From positions 103,232,001 to 103,296,000 of the forward strand of contig NC_086097.1 in the NCBI RefSeq assembly GCF_963921235.1: a stretch of 64,000 nt of DNA. Reading direction: 5' to 3'. The notes under the pieces are model-generated. The model saw nothing but the letters and a program-made list of their open reading frames with translations, was not told where the DNA came from and ran no database searches. Each line of letters opens with the position of its first letter. Within the stretch, counting starts at the first letter, position 1. The stretch comes from Mobula hypostoma. Its lineage: Eukaryota. This document shows, piece after piece, positions 1 through 13,039 of this stretch. The translations under genes were made by a program, and so were the position numbers.

Positions 1-121
1 GTTTTCTCTGTACTCTTTCAACCTTATTTACTGTCCATCCTTCCAATAGGTAGGTGACCAAAGCTGCACACAATACTCCAATTTAGGTCTCACCAATGTT
101 TTATACACCTTCAACATAACA

Positions 122-997
122 AACGAGAAAATTTACAGATGCTGGAAATCCAAGCAACACACACAAAATGCTGGAGGAACTCAGCAAGCCAGGCAGCATC
201 TAGGAAAAGAGTACAGCTGACGTTTTGGACTGCAACTCTTCGGCAGGACGAGAGAAAAGAAAGTTGAGGAGTAGATTTAAAAGATGGTGGAAGGGAGAGA
301 GAAACACAAGGTGATAGGTGAAACCTGTAGGGGGGAGGATGAATTTAAAGAGTTGGGAAGTTAATTGGTGAAAGAGACAGAAGGCCGTGGAAAAAAAAGG
401 GGGGAGGAGCACCAGAGAAAGTCCATGGGTGGCCAAGGAGATGAGGGAGGAAAAAGGGGATGGGAAATGGTGGAGGGGGGCATTACCTGAAGCTTGAGAA
501 ATCAATGTTTATGCCATCAGGTTAGAGGCTACCCAAATGGAATATAAGGTGTTGTTCCTCCAATCTAAGTGAGGCTTCATCACAACAGTGGAGGAGGCCA
601 TGGATGGACATATCAGAATGAGAATAGGAAGTGGAATTAAAATGGGTGGCCACTGGGAAATCTCGCTTGTTTTGGCATGTGGAGTGTAGGTGCTCAGCGA
701 AGTGGTCTCCTAATCTACATTGGGTGTCATCGATGTGCGGAGAGCACCGAACACCATATATGACCCCAACAGACTCACGGGTGAAGTGTCACCTCACCTG
801 GAAGAACTGTTTAGGGCCCTGAATGGCAGTGAGGGGGGAGGTGTAGGGACAGGTGTAGCACTTGTTCCGCTTGCAAGGATAAGTGCCAAGAAGGAGATCA
901 GTGGGGAGGTACAACTGGACAAGAGAGTCGCATAGGGAGTGACCCCTGTGGAAAACAGAAAATGGGGAGGGGAGGGAAAGATGTGCTTGGTGGGGGA
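122..997 (-). mobile_element. Penelope-like element 3' fragment (GIY-YIG remnant plus terminal repeat) inserted in a CR1
   Basis: Remnants GTYPCKRNKCYTCPYTS...IQGPKQFFQVR. Flanking tcaacataaca (111-121) / tcaacatagca (998-1008) duplication. Confidence 0.8.
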
Positions 998-1985
998 TCA
1001 ACATAGCATCCCATTTCCTGTACTCAGTACTTTGATTTGTGAAGGCCAGTATGCCAAAAGCTTATCTACCTGTGACTCCACTTTCAGTGAATTAGAGACC
1101 TGTATTCCCAGATCCCTTTGTTCTACCGCACTCCTCGGTGCCTTACAGTTCACAGTGTAAGACCTACCTTTGTTGTTCCTATTGAAGTGCAAAACCTTGC
1201 ACCTGTCTGCATTAAATTCCATCTGCCATTCTTCCAGGTGATCCAGATCCTGCTGCAGGCCCTGAGAGTCTTCCTTGCTGTCCACTACATTCCCAATCTT
1301 GGTGTCAGAAGCAAATCTGCTGATCCAGTTAACCTCATTATCATCCCTGATCACTGATACAGATATCAAACAACAATGGGCCCAGCACCAATCCCTGCAG
1401 CTCTCCACTGACAAAGACCTCCAATCAGAGAGGCAACTATCTACTACCACTCTCTGGCTTCTTGCACAAAGCCAATGTCTAATCCAACTTACTGCCTCAC
1501 CTTGAATGCCAAGGGTCTGAACCTTCATGACCAACTTCCCATGGGGACCTTGTCAAATGCCTTACTAAAGTCCCTGTTGACATTCACTGTCTTGCCTTCA
1601 TCAACTTTTCTTGTAACTTCCTCAAAAGCTCGGTAAGTTTGGTTAGTCACAACCTACCATGCACAAGGCCATGCTGACTATTCCTAATCAGTCCATGTCT
1701 ATCCAAATACTCATATATTCGGCCCCTTAGAATACCTTCCAATAACTTTCCCACTACTGATATTAGGCTCACTGGCCTATAATCTCCCGGTTTATGTTTA
1801 GAGCTTTTGTTGAACAGTGGGGGAAAAAATGACTATCCTCCAATCCCCCAGTACCTCACCTGTTGCTAAGGATGATTTAAATATCTCTGCTAGGGTCCTT
1901 GCAATTTCTGCACTTGCCTCCCATTGACATTCTGATCTTCCAGAGGACCAATTTTGTCCCTTGCAATCCTCTTGCTTTTAATATA
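998..1985 (-). mobile_element. CR1 LINE RT fragment (continues at 1-121)
   Basis: WIRHWLCARSQRVVV, ISRFASDTKIG, WQMEFNADRCKVLHF are typical CR1 ORF2 motifs; decayed. Confidence 0.85.
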
Positions 1986-3772
1986 TCTGTAGAAACCCCT
2001 AAGATTCTCCTTCACCTTGCCTGCCTAACTGTCAACTGCTGTCAGCTTTTCCCCACCCACTCAATCTCCTTTGATCCAAGGAAAACAAACCTAGCCTATA
2101 CTTGTAACTGAGATGTTCCATCCCAGGCGACAATCCCTGCATGCTTTATTGTGTCATCTTGTCCTTCCTACGGTGCTGCAACCAGAACTGTACATTCTCC
2201 TGTTATACCTTAAGCAATGCTTTGGGAAGTTATAATATAACTTCCCTCCTCTTATGTTGTATACCTTCTTCACTACCTTATCTGCCTGTGCTGCCCCTTC
2301 ACCAATCTCTGATCTTGTGCACTGAGATCCCTTTGTCCTAACTGACACTCTGAAGCCCTGTATTTATTAGATTAGATTAGATTCAACTTTATTGTCATTG
2401 TGCTGAGTACAGGTACAAAGCCAATGAAACGCAGTTAGCATCTAACCAGAAATGCAAAGAATAGTGCTATTTGCGAAGTAACTGCGAATAAAAAGTAAGT
2501 GCTACAGCACGCAAATATAAAAGTACTGAGACAGTACAGTATGGGTGCAATACTGCTTAGCACTGTGATGTGAGGTTCAGCAGGGTCACAGCCTCAGGGA
2601 AGAAGCTCTTCCTGTGCCTGCTGGTGCGGGAGTAGAGGCTCCTGTAGTGCCTTCTGCATACGCTCTGCCCTATTAGTCCTCTCAAATTGCATTACCTCAC
2701 ACTTATCCTACCTAAATTCCATCTACCATTGCTCTATCTGCTTATCAACATTATTTTGTAACCTCTGACTATCTTCACGATCAACAGTGATGCCAATTTT
2801 CATGTCATCTGCAAACTTATTCATCTTATCCTTGTATTCATACCCAAACTGTTAATGTATATAGCAAATGAATCGCATGAGTATGAAAGCAATTGAGATT
2901 CAGTTTAAAAATAAAGCTATTGTCATTGCAGATCATTTGACATTAGGCTTTTATGACTTACTTGCTGCAAGTTTAATAGGCAAAAGTTATTAAACAACAC
3001 CATATATATTAAGTCAGAGCAAAAATATTGCAGTGGCCGTGGAGTTTTCTTAAAATTAAAAACAAATTGTAAGGTCAGTTTTGAAATACAGCTCATAACC
3101 TTTGTAATGCATGCTGCAGGAACTTTGACTATAATGCTAACAGAAAAATAATTTTCAAATCTGTTTATCTACACAGAGCGGTTTTTTCGATTGCAGCAGG
3201 TTGCTGCTTTAGACCATGTCCTTAATTCATCAGCGATCCATGGCTCAATTGACCAACTCAATCTCATTTTTTGTGCTCCAGGAAATTTATTTTACCCAAT
3301 GGCTGAAGAATTTTGTTTAACATTTTTACAGTTTTGTCAGAATAGCAAACAAATCATTAAATGGCAATATTTTCTCTAATATGTATTGTGGAGCTTATTT
3401 TTGCTGGCAATGCAAGACAAGATGAAATGAAAATCATGAAAGACTCAGAGGAGGGGATAAAAATGGAAGATAATTTACATGCTGCAATTGGAGTTCTCTA
3501 GTGTTTTGTTTTTGGTTCAGCAAAAGTCTATGTTATGGAAGTCAGTCTCAACTCTGACTTTGTTGATGCCATGCAGGCTGCCATAAGAAAGAGGAGAACG
3601 TAAATGTGTTTTCACTCATACTAGTACTTGATAAATACAGATATTATTTACCCTAATGTTCACCTGTGATATTATTTGACCCTAAAAAGCTTGGAAATAA
3701 AGAATGACCACATGAGGGAGTTGTTGATCTCTCAGCATTTGTGAAATTATTTCCCAGCAATAGAGCAGTTTA

Positions 3773-4660
3773 AAACGAGAAAATCTGCAAGTGCTGGAAA
3801 TCCGAGCAACACACACAATGCTGGGGAGCTCAGCAGGCCAGGCAGCATCTATGGAAAAGAGTACAGTCGACATTTCAGGCAGAGTCCCTTCGGCAGGACT
3901 GGAGAAAGAAAGATGAGTCAGAGTAAGAAGTTGAGGGGAGGAAAAAACACAAGGTGATAGGTGAAACTGTGAGGGTGAAGTAAAGACTAGGAAGTTTGTT
4001 GGTGAAAGAGATGCAGAGCTGGAGAAGGGGAATCATAGGAGAGGACAGAAGGCCATGGAAGAAAGAAAAGGGGGAGGAGCACCGAGGGAGGTGATAGGCA
4101 GATAAGGAGATAAAGTGAAACAGCAAAGGGGATGGGGAATAGTGAAGGGGGACGGGGGCATTACCGGAAGTTGGAGAAATTGATGTTCATGCCATCAGGT
4201 TGGAGGCTACCCAGACGGGATATAAGGTGTTACTCCTCCAACCTGAGTGTGGCCACGTCATGGTAGTAGAGAAGTCCATGGACTGACGTGGGAATGGAAG
4301 TGGAATTAAAATGGGTGGCCATTGGGAGATCCTGCTTTTTCCGGCGAACGGAGCATAGATGCTCAGCAAAGCAGTCTGCCAATCTACATTGGGTCTCACC
4401 AATATACAGGAGGCCACACCGGGAGCACCAGGCACAGTCTATGACCCCAACAGACTCGCAGGTGAAGTGTCACCTCACCTGGAAGGACTGTTTAGGGCCC
4501 TGAATGGTAGTGAAGGAGGAAGTGTAGGGGCAGGTTGTAGCATTTGTTTTTCTTGCAAGGGTAAGTGCCAGGAAGGAGATAAGTGAGGAGGGATGAATGG
4601 ACAAGGGAATCGTGTAGGGAGCGATCCCTATGGAAAGTGGGGGTGGGGGTGGGGGCAGGA
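3773..4660 (-). mobile_element. Penelope-like element 3' fragment
   Basis: Closely similar to 122-997 and 34235-35725, with GIY-YIG remnants. Confidence 0.8.
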
Positions 4661-4978
4661 CTAAACAGCAGCATAAAAGGCTGGAGATGAAAAACCTAGT
4701 AATAAAAAGAAATGTGCTTTCCATCTTGTTTGCTTTTTGCTAGAGCCATTCTTCATCCATTCATCACATGGTTGTACCGTTGAATCTGCATGTCTGTAAT
4801 TGCTGTTTTCCATTGTTAACACTAACATTACTCCAGACCGAATTGTAACTGCATGAAATGTGTGGATGTATATGAGAATATGTGTGTGTGTTTCTTGGTG
4901 TGCTTGTATTTTTTCATGTATACGGAAAGCAGTCTTGATCTTGAATTCACCAATATTCCCATCCATATGTTCTCACAG

Positions 4979-5221
4979 CTGAACACAACTCATTTGCCAC
5001 ATCCCAACACTCCAAGGAAGCAGTGTCCCTTCCGACCCCCAAGCCCTGTAGCATTGTTATCCTCAGATTTGGATCCACTTCACAGGAGGCAGTCAGATTT
5101 GCACAGGAGCCAGTCAGCTGAGAACAATTCACGCTCCCCTGGTCGCAGGCAGCTACCCTTCATCCCAGGCAATACCAAGCTGCCTTCTATCATTCGCATC
5201 TCCAAAGCTCAGCTCCAACAG
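4979..5221 (+). CDS. TTBK2: Probable alternative (cassette or terminal) coding exon of TTBK2, 81 aa, phase 0/0
   Basis: Acceptor ...ttctcacag at 4978 and donor cag|gtgaac at 5221/5222. The 243 nt are open (LNTTHLPHP...LPSIIRISKAQLQQ) and join in phase to the 41052 exon. Flanks are unique and TE-free. Confidence 0.7.
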
Positions 5222-7989
5222 GTGAACCAATAGATTTTGTTTGCAGTATTCTTTACTGTAGTTGAGTTTTTAAAAAATTTTCCAGCAATGTATTTACTTT
5301 CAATCCATTTGGTACTAACCCTAAATTCAGTGATTTAAAAAATGTATTAACCTTTTTATTTCATTAACATTCTGGGAATGTGTTTTGGTTAAGGAACAGT
5401 CATCAATGTTTGGAAGGATCTTCATAAGTTTTAACAGATAGGCTATATAAATGAACACCCAATTTGAGCGTGTGTCATTGAGGTTTATTACAATGAAACT
5501 TTTTTTTCTAAGGATATTAGATATGAATATGTTTCATCATTTAAGTTAGAATATTCTCACTGTATCAATTAAATAACTGCTGTTTGATGAATGAATCAGA
5601 ATAATAACTGGTGTTTATAACAATTTTGGTGGTGGGCAGGGGTGCAATTTAACCTTTCATCAGAACTAAGCAAAATTAGAAACGAGTATGTTTATAGTGC
5701 AAAGGCAGAGGGTGGGGTTGTGTGGATGGGGTCAAGGGGATTGTCTGTGATTGGGTGGGAACCAAAAGACAAATGGTAGTGGTGTTGGCTGAGAGAGGAG
5801 GGATATTTTTAGTTACATCTGATCTGTATGAGTTGAAGGAAAAGATGGGGGAGAGAATGAAACAAAATCATTGCTGTAAGTGAGAGGCACAACACTCTAC
5901 ATTTGAAATGAGAGAGTGCTGGAACTGCCCAGCAGATCAGGCAGCGTCATCAGAGAGAAAAACCTGAGTTAATTTTATGACATGATCGCAACCAGCTAAT
6001 TCTGATGATGTTCTATCTCTTGGTCTTATTTGGAACAATGTATGGGACGTAAATCAGAGTTTGAAATTGGATAGAGAGGAGTGTCAGGGAACTGAAAGAT
6101 CAGGGTTGTCCTTGTGGAATGAATGGAGGCTTTCTGCTAAGACATCACTCAATCTGTGCTTGGTTTCTGCAGAACAATGACACAGCATTGTGAGCATCGA
6201 ACACGTAGAGTAGGTGCCGCCAGTCCCCAGTAGTGGCCTGAAATCTCCATGCTGGCTAAGGTGCAGCTCTGAGTCTCACATCTGAACCCTGAGCGGCTGC
6301 ATTTCTCTCCCTGACCTACCTATCACCAACCTACACAGGCAGCCTCTCCACACTAAACCTCTGGGGATTCATTGCTGGGAGGATGCCAGCAGAGGACATG
6401 GTTTTGAACCACACTCTGAGCACAGCAGTATCTGAGTAGATATGTTTTGTTTTTAAAAGTACAGATGGGATACATGTCTTAGAGGGTTTGGACTTCCAAA
6501 AGTGCTGTAATGAATCAGCACTTGACCGGTGGACAGATCATCTTCAGTTAACAAGTTTTGTCGATCTCTCTTGGCCGGCATCACCAATTTTGCAGTCTCT
6601 CCTGGTCTTTACCCTATCCCAAGTATTTCCTTGTTCTCTTCACCCATTCCCCTTTTCTGCAACTTAAAGCACTCATAATTTTCTGTCTTTGCCCAGGTTG
6701 ATAAGAAGTTCTCAACCTAAAACATTAATGCATTTTTCTCTCCACAGATGCTTTCTGACTGCTGAGTATCTCCAGCATCTTCTGTTTTTATCTATCCCTC
6801 CCGTTTGCCATTCCATTCCCAACAAATCTCACAACTAGGTCACGGAATCAGAAATCCATTCATCATATGTTATAGAGTTATGGACTATGTTGGAGAATCT
6901 TTAGGCCTAATTTTCAGCCAATGTAAGGTTTAAAGCAATGTTCCATCACAGAACTAATTGTGTCTTGTTGCTTGATGCAGCCCCAGTGTCCACTTGACCA
7001 AAAACGCCCCAACATGGATCCACAGATGAGACGTGACTGGATTATTTTTCACTCAGTATGTTCAGATAATATTGCACTTATGGAACAATCCACTGTTTAT
7101 GATGATGAGAATAATTCTGTGTTTTGGAGAGTTTGGCCAGAATCATGGTAGAAAGGGCAGTTGGTGTTCTCAAAAGTTCCTGTACTCATTGACACTGCCC
7201 CATAGAATGCGCTAAATAGAATGAAAGTTGGCAACTTTCCCAGTATCCTTGAGAGAGGCTTTTTGTCAGTTTCCTAGCTACTCCACTCCTCTTGAATAAA
7301 ATCTACTGCTCCCTCTTAATTTTTAAACTCCTGAGGCACAGAATTGCAGATGGTTCGAAAATGAATGAAAGCACCACATACGGGATTTGCATCAGTCTAA
7401 AATGTTCATACAGTGCATCTTGAATGTGTGGTGACATTTATGGGCTGCCCAAGCTTATCCCTAGGTTATGTTGATTGTTAACAGAAACAACACATTTCAC
7501 TGCATGTTTTTATGTAAATGTGATAAATAAATCTGAAATTTGCTGCAGAAGTTAAAGGATATGATAAATTACATATAATGTCTAAAATGGGGTTTACAAA
7601 ATCTGAGTAAGCTCTTCATGAATAAACATTGATAAAATGCAATACAGGAGCTGTTAACTTCCTTGCTGCTTAATTCATGCTTCTGAATACAAGGCCCAAA
7701 TGTAATGGACTGTATACTCTGATTCCCTTTTATTGGTGTCGTGTAGTACCATAGTGTAAGTGGGTGTTAAGGCAAAGCAGACAATTGTCCGAAGAAATTT
7801 CTGTTGGTTTGTGGCATTTTAATGTTCTGGTCTTAAAGATGAAGCCAGATTCTTACTAATTGCCTAACTCATAAAATTCTAAAACAGCTTTATTGTGTAC
7901 ATTCGTGGTTGTCGGAGAAGTAATGTTCATAATGGAAGTCTCCAATGGATGCTGTTATGAATAAGTATGAATTCATTCATTCATTCCAT

Positions 7990-8625
7990 TCAAGAGGTCT
8001 AGAATACAAGAGCAGGGATGTGATGCTGAGGCTTTGCAAGGCACTGGTGAGGCCTCACCTTGAGTATTGTGAACAGTCTTGGGCTCCTTATCTAAGAAAA
8101 GATGTGCTGACATTAGAGAGCCTCCAGAGGAGGTTCACAAGGATGATTCCAGGAATGAAAGGGTTATCATACAAGGCACATTTGATTGCTCTGGGTCTGT
8201 ACTGACTGCAATTTAGAAGGATGAAGGGAGATCTCATTGAAACCTTTTGAATGTTGAAAAGACTAGTCAGAGTAGATGTGGAAAGGATGTTTCCCATAGT
8301 GGGGGAGTCGAAGACAAGGAGGCACAGCCTAACGGTAGAGGAGCTTCCATTTAAAACAGAGATGTGGAGAAACTTCTTTAGCCAGAGGGTGGTGAATTTG
8401 TGGAAATTGTTACCACGGGCAGCGGTGGAGACCAGGTCGTTGAGTGTATTTAAGGCAGAGCTTGATGGGTTCTTGATTGCACAGGGCATGAAAGGTTACA
8501 GGGAGAAGGTCAGGGAGTGGGTTGAGGAAGTGGGGGAAGAAAGGATCAGCCTTGATTACATGGTGGAGCAGACTCAATGGGCCAAATGGCCTAATTCTGC
8601 TCCTATCTCTTGTGGTCTTATGGAT
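7990..8625 (+). mobile_element. CR1 LINE 3' end
   Basis: RGLEYKSRDVMLRLCKALVRPHLEYC...QRRFTRMIPG, followed by a CR1-type 3' tail. Confidence 0.85.
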
Positions 8626-9589
8626 CCTAGATACTTGAATTCTTCTCTGGTTTTGACCTCCAGATGATAAGCAAAAGGCACAGTAATTTGTGGGAACTAG
8701 TTCTTATTTAAAGGGTGCTTTATTTTATAATATTAGATGGATTTGGCTCTGGATGGCTTGCAGTGTGGGCAGAATCATTTGTTCCAATTAATGATGACAT
8801 ACAGAAATGCTTTAGGGTATGGACAGATTAAGTGAATTGGAATTTAATGTGAAAAAAAAGTCATCCTTTTTGGGGAAATGCAAAGTATTCAAAGAGGCCT
8901 GTGTGTCCTTTACTTGAATCCCTGAAAGTTAAGACGCAGATACAGCAAGCAATTAGAAAGGCAAAGTGGTATGTTGCTGTTTACTGCCGGAGAATTTGAG
9001 TAAAAGACATCTTGCCATATTTATATTGTGTCCTGGTGAGACAGCATATGGAGCATTGTGTACAGGCCTGGACTTCCTACCAAAGGATGTTTTGGCAACA
9101 GAAGGTTCACCACACTAAATCCAAGAACGGCAGGTTTGTGGTGTGAGGACAGATTAAAGCAATACTTGCAAATTCTGTTGAGGTTTTGATGGAGGTGACC
9201 AAGGTGATTGATGAGGGTAAAGTAGTGGATTTTGTTGACGTGGACTTTCGTAAGATGCTTGATAAGGTCTCCCGTGGTAGGTCAATCATGGCCTCACTGC
9301 TAAATTGGTAGTTTGGATTCATAATTAGTTGGTCCATGAAATCACAGTAGTGGTGAAAGAGTGTCTGTCTGCAGTTCTGTGATCAGTCAGATTCAAGCAG
9401 AGATTAGTACTGAAAGCTCTGTTATTTGGTAAATAACTTAGAATCAAATTTTGCATTTTACACACCATAGTCCTGAAGAGACTTCGGATTGCTTAGAGGG
9501 AGAGAGAGGAATTAATCCTCCCCCAGGAAATTAAACCAATTTCCACCAGGATCAATAAAGTATGACTATGAGAGCTTAAAAGAAGTGGG

Positions 9590-11140
9590 CGGGGGCAGTC
9601 AGCACATTTTGTGCACTATGGTCCTGAGGAGACATTGAATTTACTGATAGTTAGGCACTTGGCAAAGACCAATAAAAAGAAGTTATATTTAAGCAGAGCG
9701 GCCATTGTGGGAGCTGCCATTGTTTGAGTGGGTCAGAGTTGGAGTAGGGAGTTGAGGCTTTAGCTCATCAAGGCTTCAGCATGTTCAGAGCAGTGGGGAT
9801 GCTAGACAGGATAGTGGAATGCTCCTCTTGTGGGTTGTGGGAAGGTAAAGGAGAGGTCCAGTGTCCCTGACAACTACACCTGCAAGAAGTGCATTCAACT
9901 GCAGCTTCTATTAGACCATGTTAAGGAGTTGGAGCTGGAGCTAATTCAACTACGGATCATTCGGGAGGCTGTGGGGTTGTAGATAGGGCATAGAGAGATG
10001 TAGTTACACCCAAGGGGCACGACACAGGTAACTGGGTGACTGTCAAGAGGGGGAAAGGGGATGGGCAGCCAGTGCAGATTATCCCTGTGGTCATTCCCCT
10101 CAACAACTGGTATAACACTTTGCATAATAATGGGGGAGGAGAATGACCAAACAGAGGAAAGGCATAGTGGTCAGGTCCCTGGCAGTCAGTCTGGCTCTGT
10201 GGCTCAGAAGGGAAGGGGAATAGAAGAGGTGAGCTGCAGCGATAGGGCATTTGTTGGTTAGTCAAACAGAAAAGTTCTTTGGAAGAGAACAAGATTCCCA
10301 GATTGTTTGTTGCAAGGGTGCCAGGGTCATGGACACTGGACTGAGTCCACAGCATTCTTGTGGGAGGGTGAGCAGCCAGAGGACATGGCCCACATCAGTA
10401 CCAACAACATGGGTAGGATGGGTGTTGAGGCCCTACAAGGTGAGTTAAGGGAGATAGGTGCTGAATTAAAGGACAGGTCCTCCAGGGTTGTGATCTCAAG
10501 ATTGCTACCTGTGCCACATGCTAATGAGGTCAGAAATGGTAAGATCATGTAGTTTAACACCTGGCTAACGATGTGGTGCAGGAGAAGGGGGCTTCAGAGT
10601 TTTGGATCATTGGGCTCTCTTCCAGGGAAGATGGGACCTGTACATAAAGGACTGTTTGCAGCTGAATTGGAGGGGGGGCTAATGTCCTGGTGGAAAGGTT
10701 TGCTTTGATAGTGCTACATGGCGGGGGGGCTTAAACTGGAATTGCATGGGATGGGAACTGGGAGCCCCGGCACCAGAAAAGATAGTGGAGTGGTTGTGAA
10801 GAAAGCCATTGTTAGGCCAACATACAGAGTCAGAAATCAAAAGCTTGAGCATGATGGGATGAATATTTTGAGTTGCGTGTATTTCAATGTGAGGAATAGT
10901 GTAGGAAAGGCTGATGAACTCAGGGCATCTTAACAACACCTTTCTAGACAACCACATCTTTCTCCATAACCCAAGAAATATTGAGGCACCAGTTAAGGGA
11001 AAAAAAAGGAGGTGCATAACAGGCAGGAACAAATGAGGTGCTTATGAAGTATAAGAAATGTAAGAAAACACTTAAGAAAGAAATCAGAAGGGCTGAAAGA
11101 AGGCTTGAGGTTGCCCTAGCAAACAAGGTGAAAGAGAGTC
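9590..11140 (+). mobile_element. CR1 5' portion: decayed ORF1 (Cys-rich region plus SGNH/esterase-like domain) and start of the endonuclease, internally deleted
   Basis: ECSSC..CKKC, HISTNNMGR, SRVVISRLLPVP and CVYFNVRNSVGKADELRA remnants. The host resumes at about 11727. Confidence 0.75.
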
Positions 11141-11726
11141 CATATGATGTAGGAGCGAATTAGGCCATTTGGCCCATCGTGTCTGCTCTGCCGTGTAATC
11201 ACGGCTGATCCTCTTTTCCCCTCCTCAGCCCCATTCCCTGGCTTTCTTCCCATAACCTTTGATGCTGTTTGCAATCAAGAGCCTATCAATTTCTGCCTTA
11301 AATACATCCAACGACCTGGCCCCCACAGCTGCCTATGATAATAAATTCCACAAATTCACCACCCTCTGGCTAAAGAAATTTCTCTGCATCTCTGTTTAAA
11401 ATGGATGCCCTTTATCTTGAGGCTGTGCCCTCTTGTCCTAGACTGTCCCACCATGGGAAACATCCTTCCCACATCTACTCTGTCTAGGTCTTTCAACATT
11501 CAAAAGTTTTCAATGAGATCCTCCCTCATCCTTCTAAATTCCAGCGAGTACAGATGCAGAGCCAGGTTATCAAATGTTTCTCATATGATAACCCTTTCAT
11601 TCCCAGAACCATCCTTATGAACCTCCTCTGAACCCTCTCCAATGCCACCAGATCTCCTCTTAGATGAGAAGCACAAAACTGTTCACAATACTCAAGGTAA
11701 GGCCTCACCAGTGCTTTATAAAGCAC
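11141..11726 (-). mobile_element. CR1 3' end nested in the CR1 above
   Basis: LYKALVRPYLEYCEQF...RVQRRFIRM on the minus strand; same family as 7990-8625. Confidence 0.8.
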
Positions 11727-11869
11727 TATCCTAAGGGATTTTACAGATATGTTAAGAGCAAAAGGATAGCAAAGGACAAACTTGGTCCTTTGGAAGATGA
11801 GAGTGGTAATCAAAAGAGATGGGGGAGATCTTAAATGTATTTTTTGTAGCTACATTTACTTGGAGATGT

Positions 11870-12826
11870 ATATATCAGAATATTGGACAATATGCAGTAA
11901 CATGAAAAGAATTGAAGCAGCAGAGATATGGTTTTTGAGGAGGATGCAAAGAATATCATGGACGAAACGAATATCTAATGATGTCATGAACAGAGCAAAC
12001 ACAAAAAGAGATCATGAAAAGGCAACGAAGCTAAGGAAATTTGTCCTGTCCCCTAAAACCCTCACTAATTTTTATTGATGCACCGTAGAAACATTCTTCT
12101 GGGGTGCATCACAACCTGGTATGGAAGTTGTCCTGTCCAAGACCGGAAGAAGCTACAAAAGATCGTGAGCACAGCCCAGCACATCACACAAACCAATCTC
12201 CGTCCTTGGACTCACTTAACACCGCACGCTGTCGGAGCAGTGCTGTCAGGAGAATCAAGGACACGACCCACCCAACCAACACACTTCATCCCTCTTCCCT
12301 CCGGGAGAAGACTCAGGAGCTTGAAGACTCGTACAGCCAGGTTCGAGAACAGGTTCTTTCCAACTGTGATAAGACTGCTGAACGGATCCTGACCCGGATC
12401 TGGGCCGTACCCTCCAAATATCCAGACTTGCCACTTGTTTTTTTTTGCACTACCTTACCTTCCCTTTTCTATTTTCTATTTATGACTTATAATTTAAATT
12501 TTTAATGTTTACTATCGATTTGTACTCCAGGGAGCATGAAGAGCAGAATCAAATATCGCTGTGATGATTGTACGCTCTGGTATCAATTATTTGGCGACAA
12601 TAAAGTAAAGTAACTTCATTGGACATGTGATTAGGAAAGAGGAGTTGGATTGCACGGTAATTATGGGAAAGATTGAAGGGAAGAAAGCAAGAGGAAGACA
12701 AAGACAAATGATGGTGGAGACAGCAGCCAGAGAACTGGAAATGAATACCAACGAATTGATCCACTTGACCCGAAACAGGAGTGTGTAAAACTGGGCATGG
12801 CACCTGATGATGATGATGATGATGAT
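11870..12826 (+). mobile_element. RTE LINE 3' fragment with (GAT)n tail, interrupted by a Rex1/Babar-like 3' fragment (about 12028-12607)
   Basis: IEAAEIWFLRRMQRISW and 3' sequence near-identical to 45950-46375. The insert encodes GCITTWYG...PLPSGRRLRSLKTRTAR...FFPTVIRLLN. Confidence 0.8.
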
Positions 12827-13039
12827 ATTTACCTGGAAGACAGACACAGTCTGTAGATGTGAGGAAATGTAGCAACAAAATCATGGAGAGGAGACGTTTA
12901 CTGTCTCGAGGAAAATTAGGGTGAATATTAGGGTATTGGAAATCAGGGCTTTTTCCTTTATTTATCATGTATTGCATGGTACTGCTGCTGCAAAGTTAAT
13001 GAATTTCACGACAAATGCCAGTGATATTAAATTTGATTC

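Noticed and set aside
4821..4850. Possible microexon after ACTAAC...ctccag
   Set aside because: Only 8 nt to a weak gtaact donor, frame-shifting, and the branch motif is too close to the AG.
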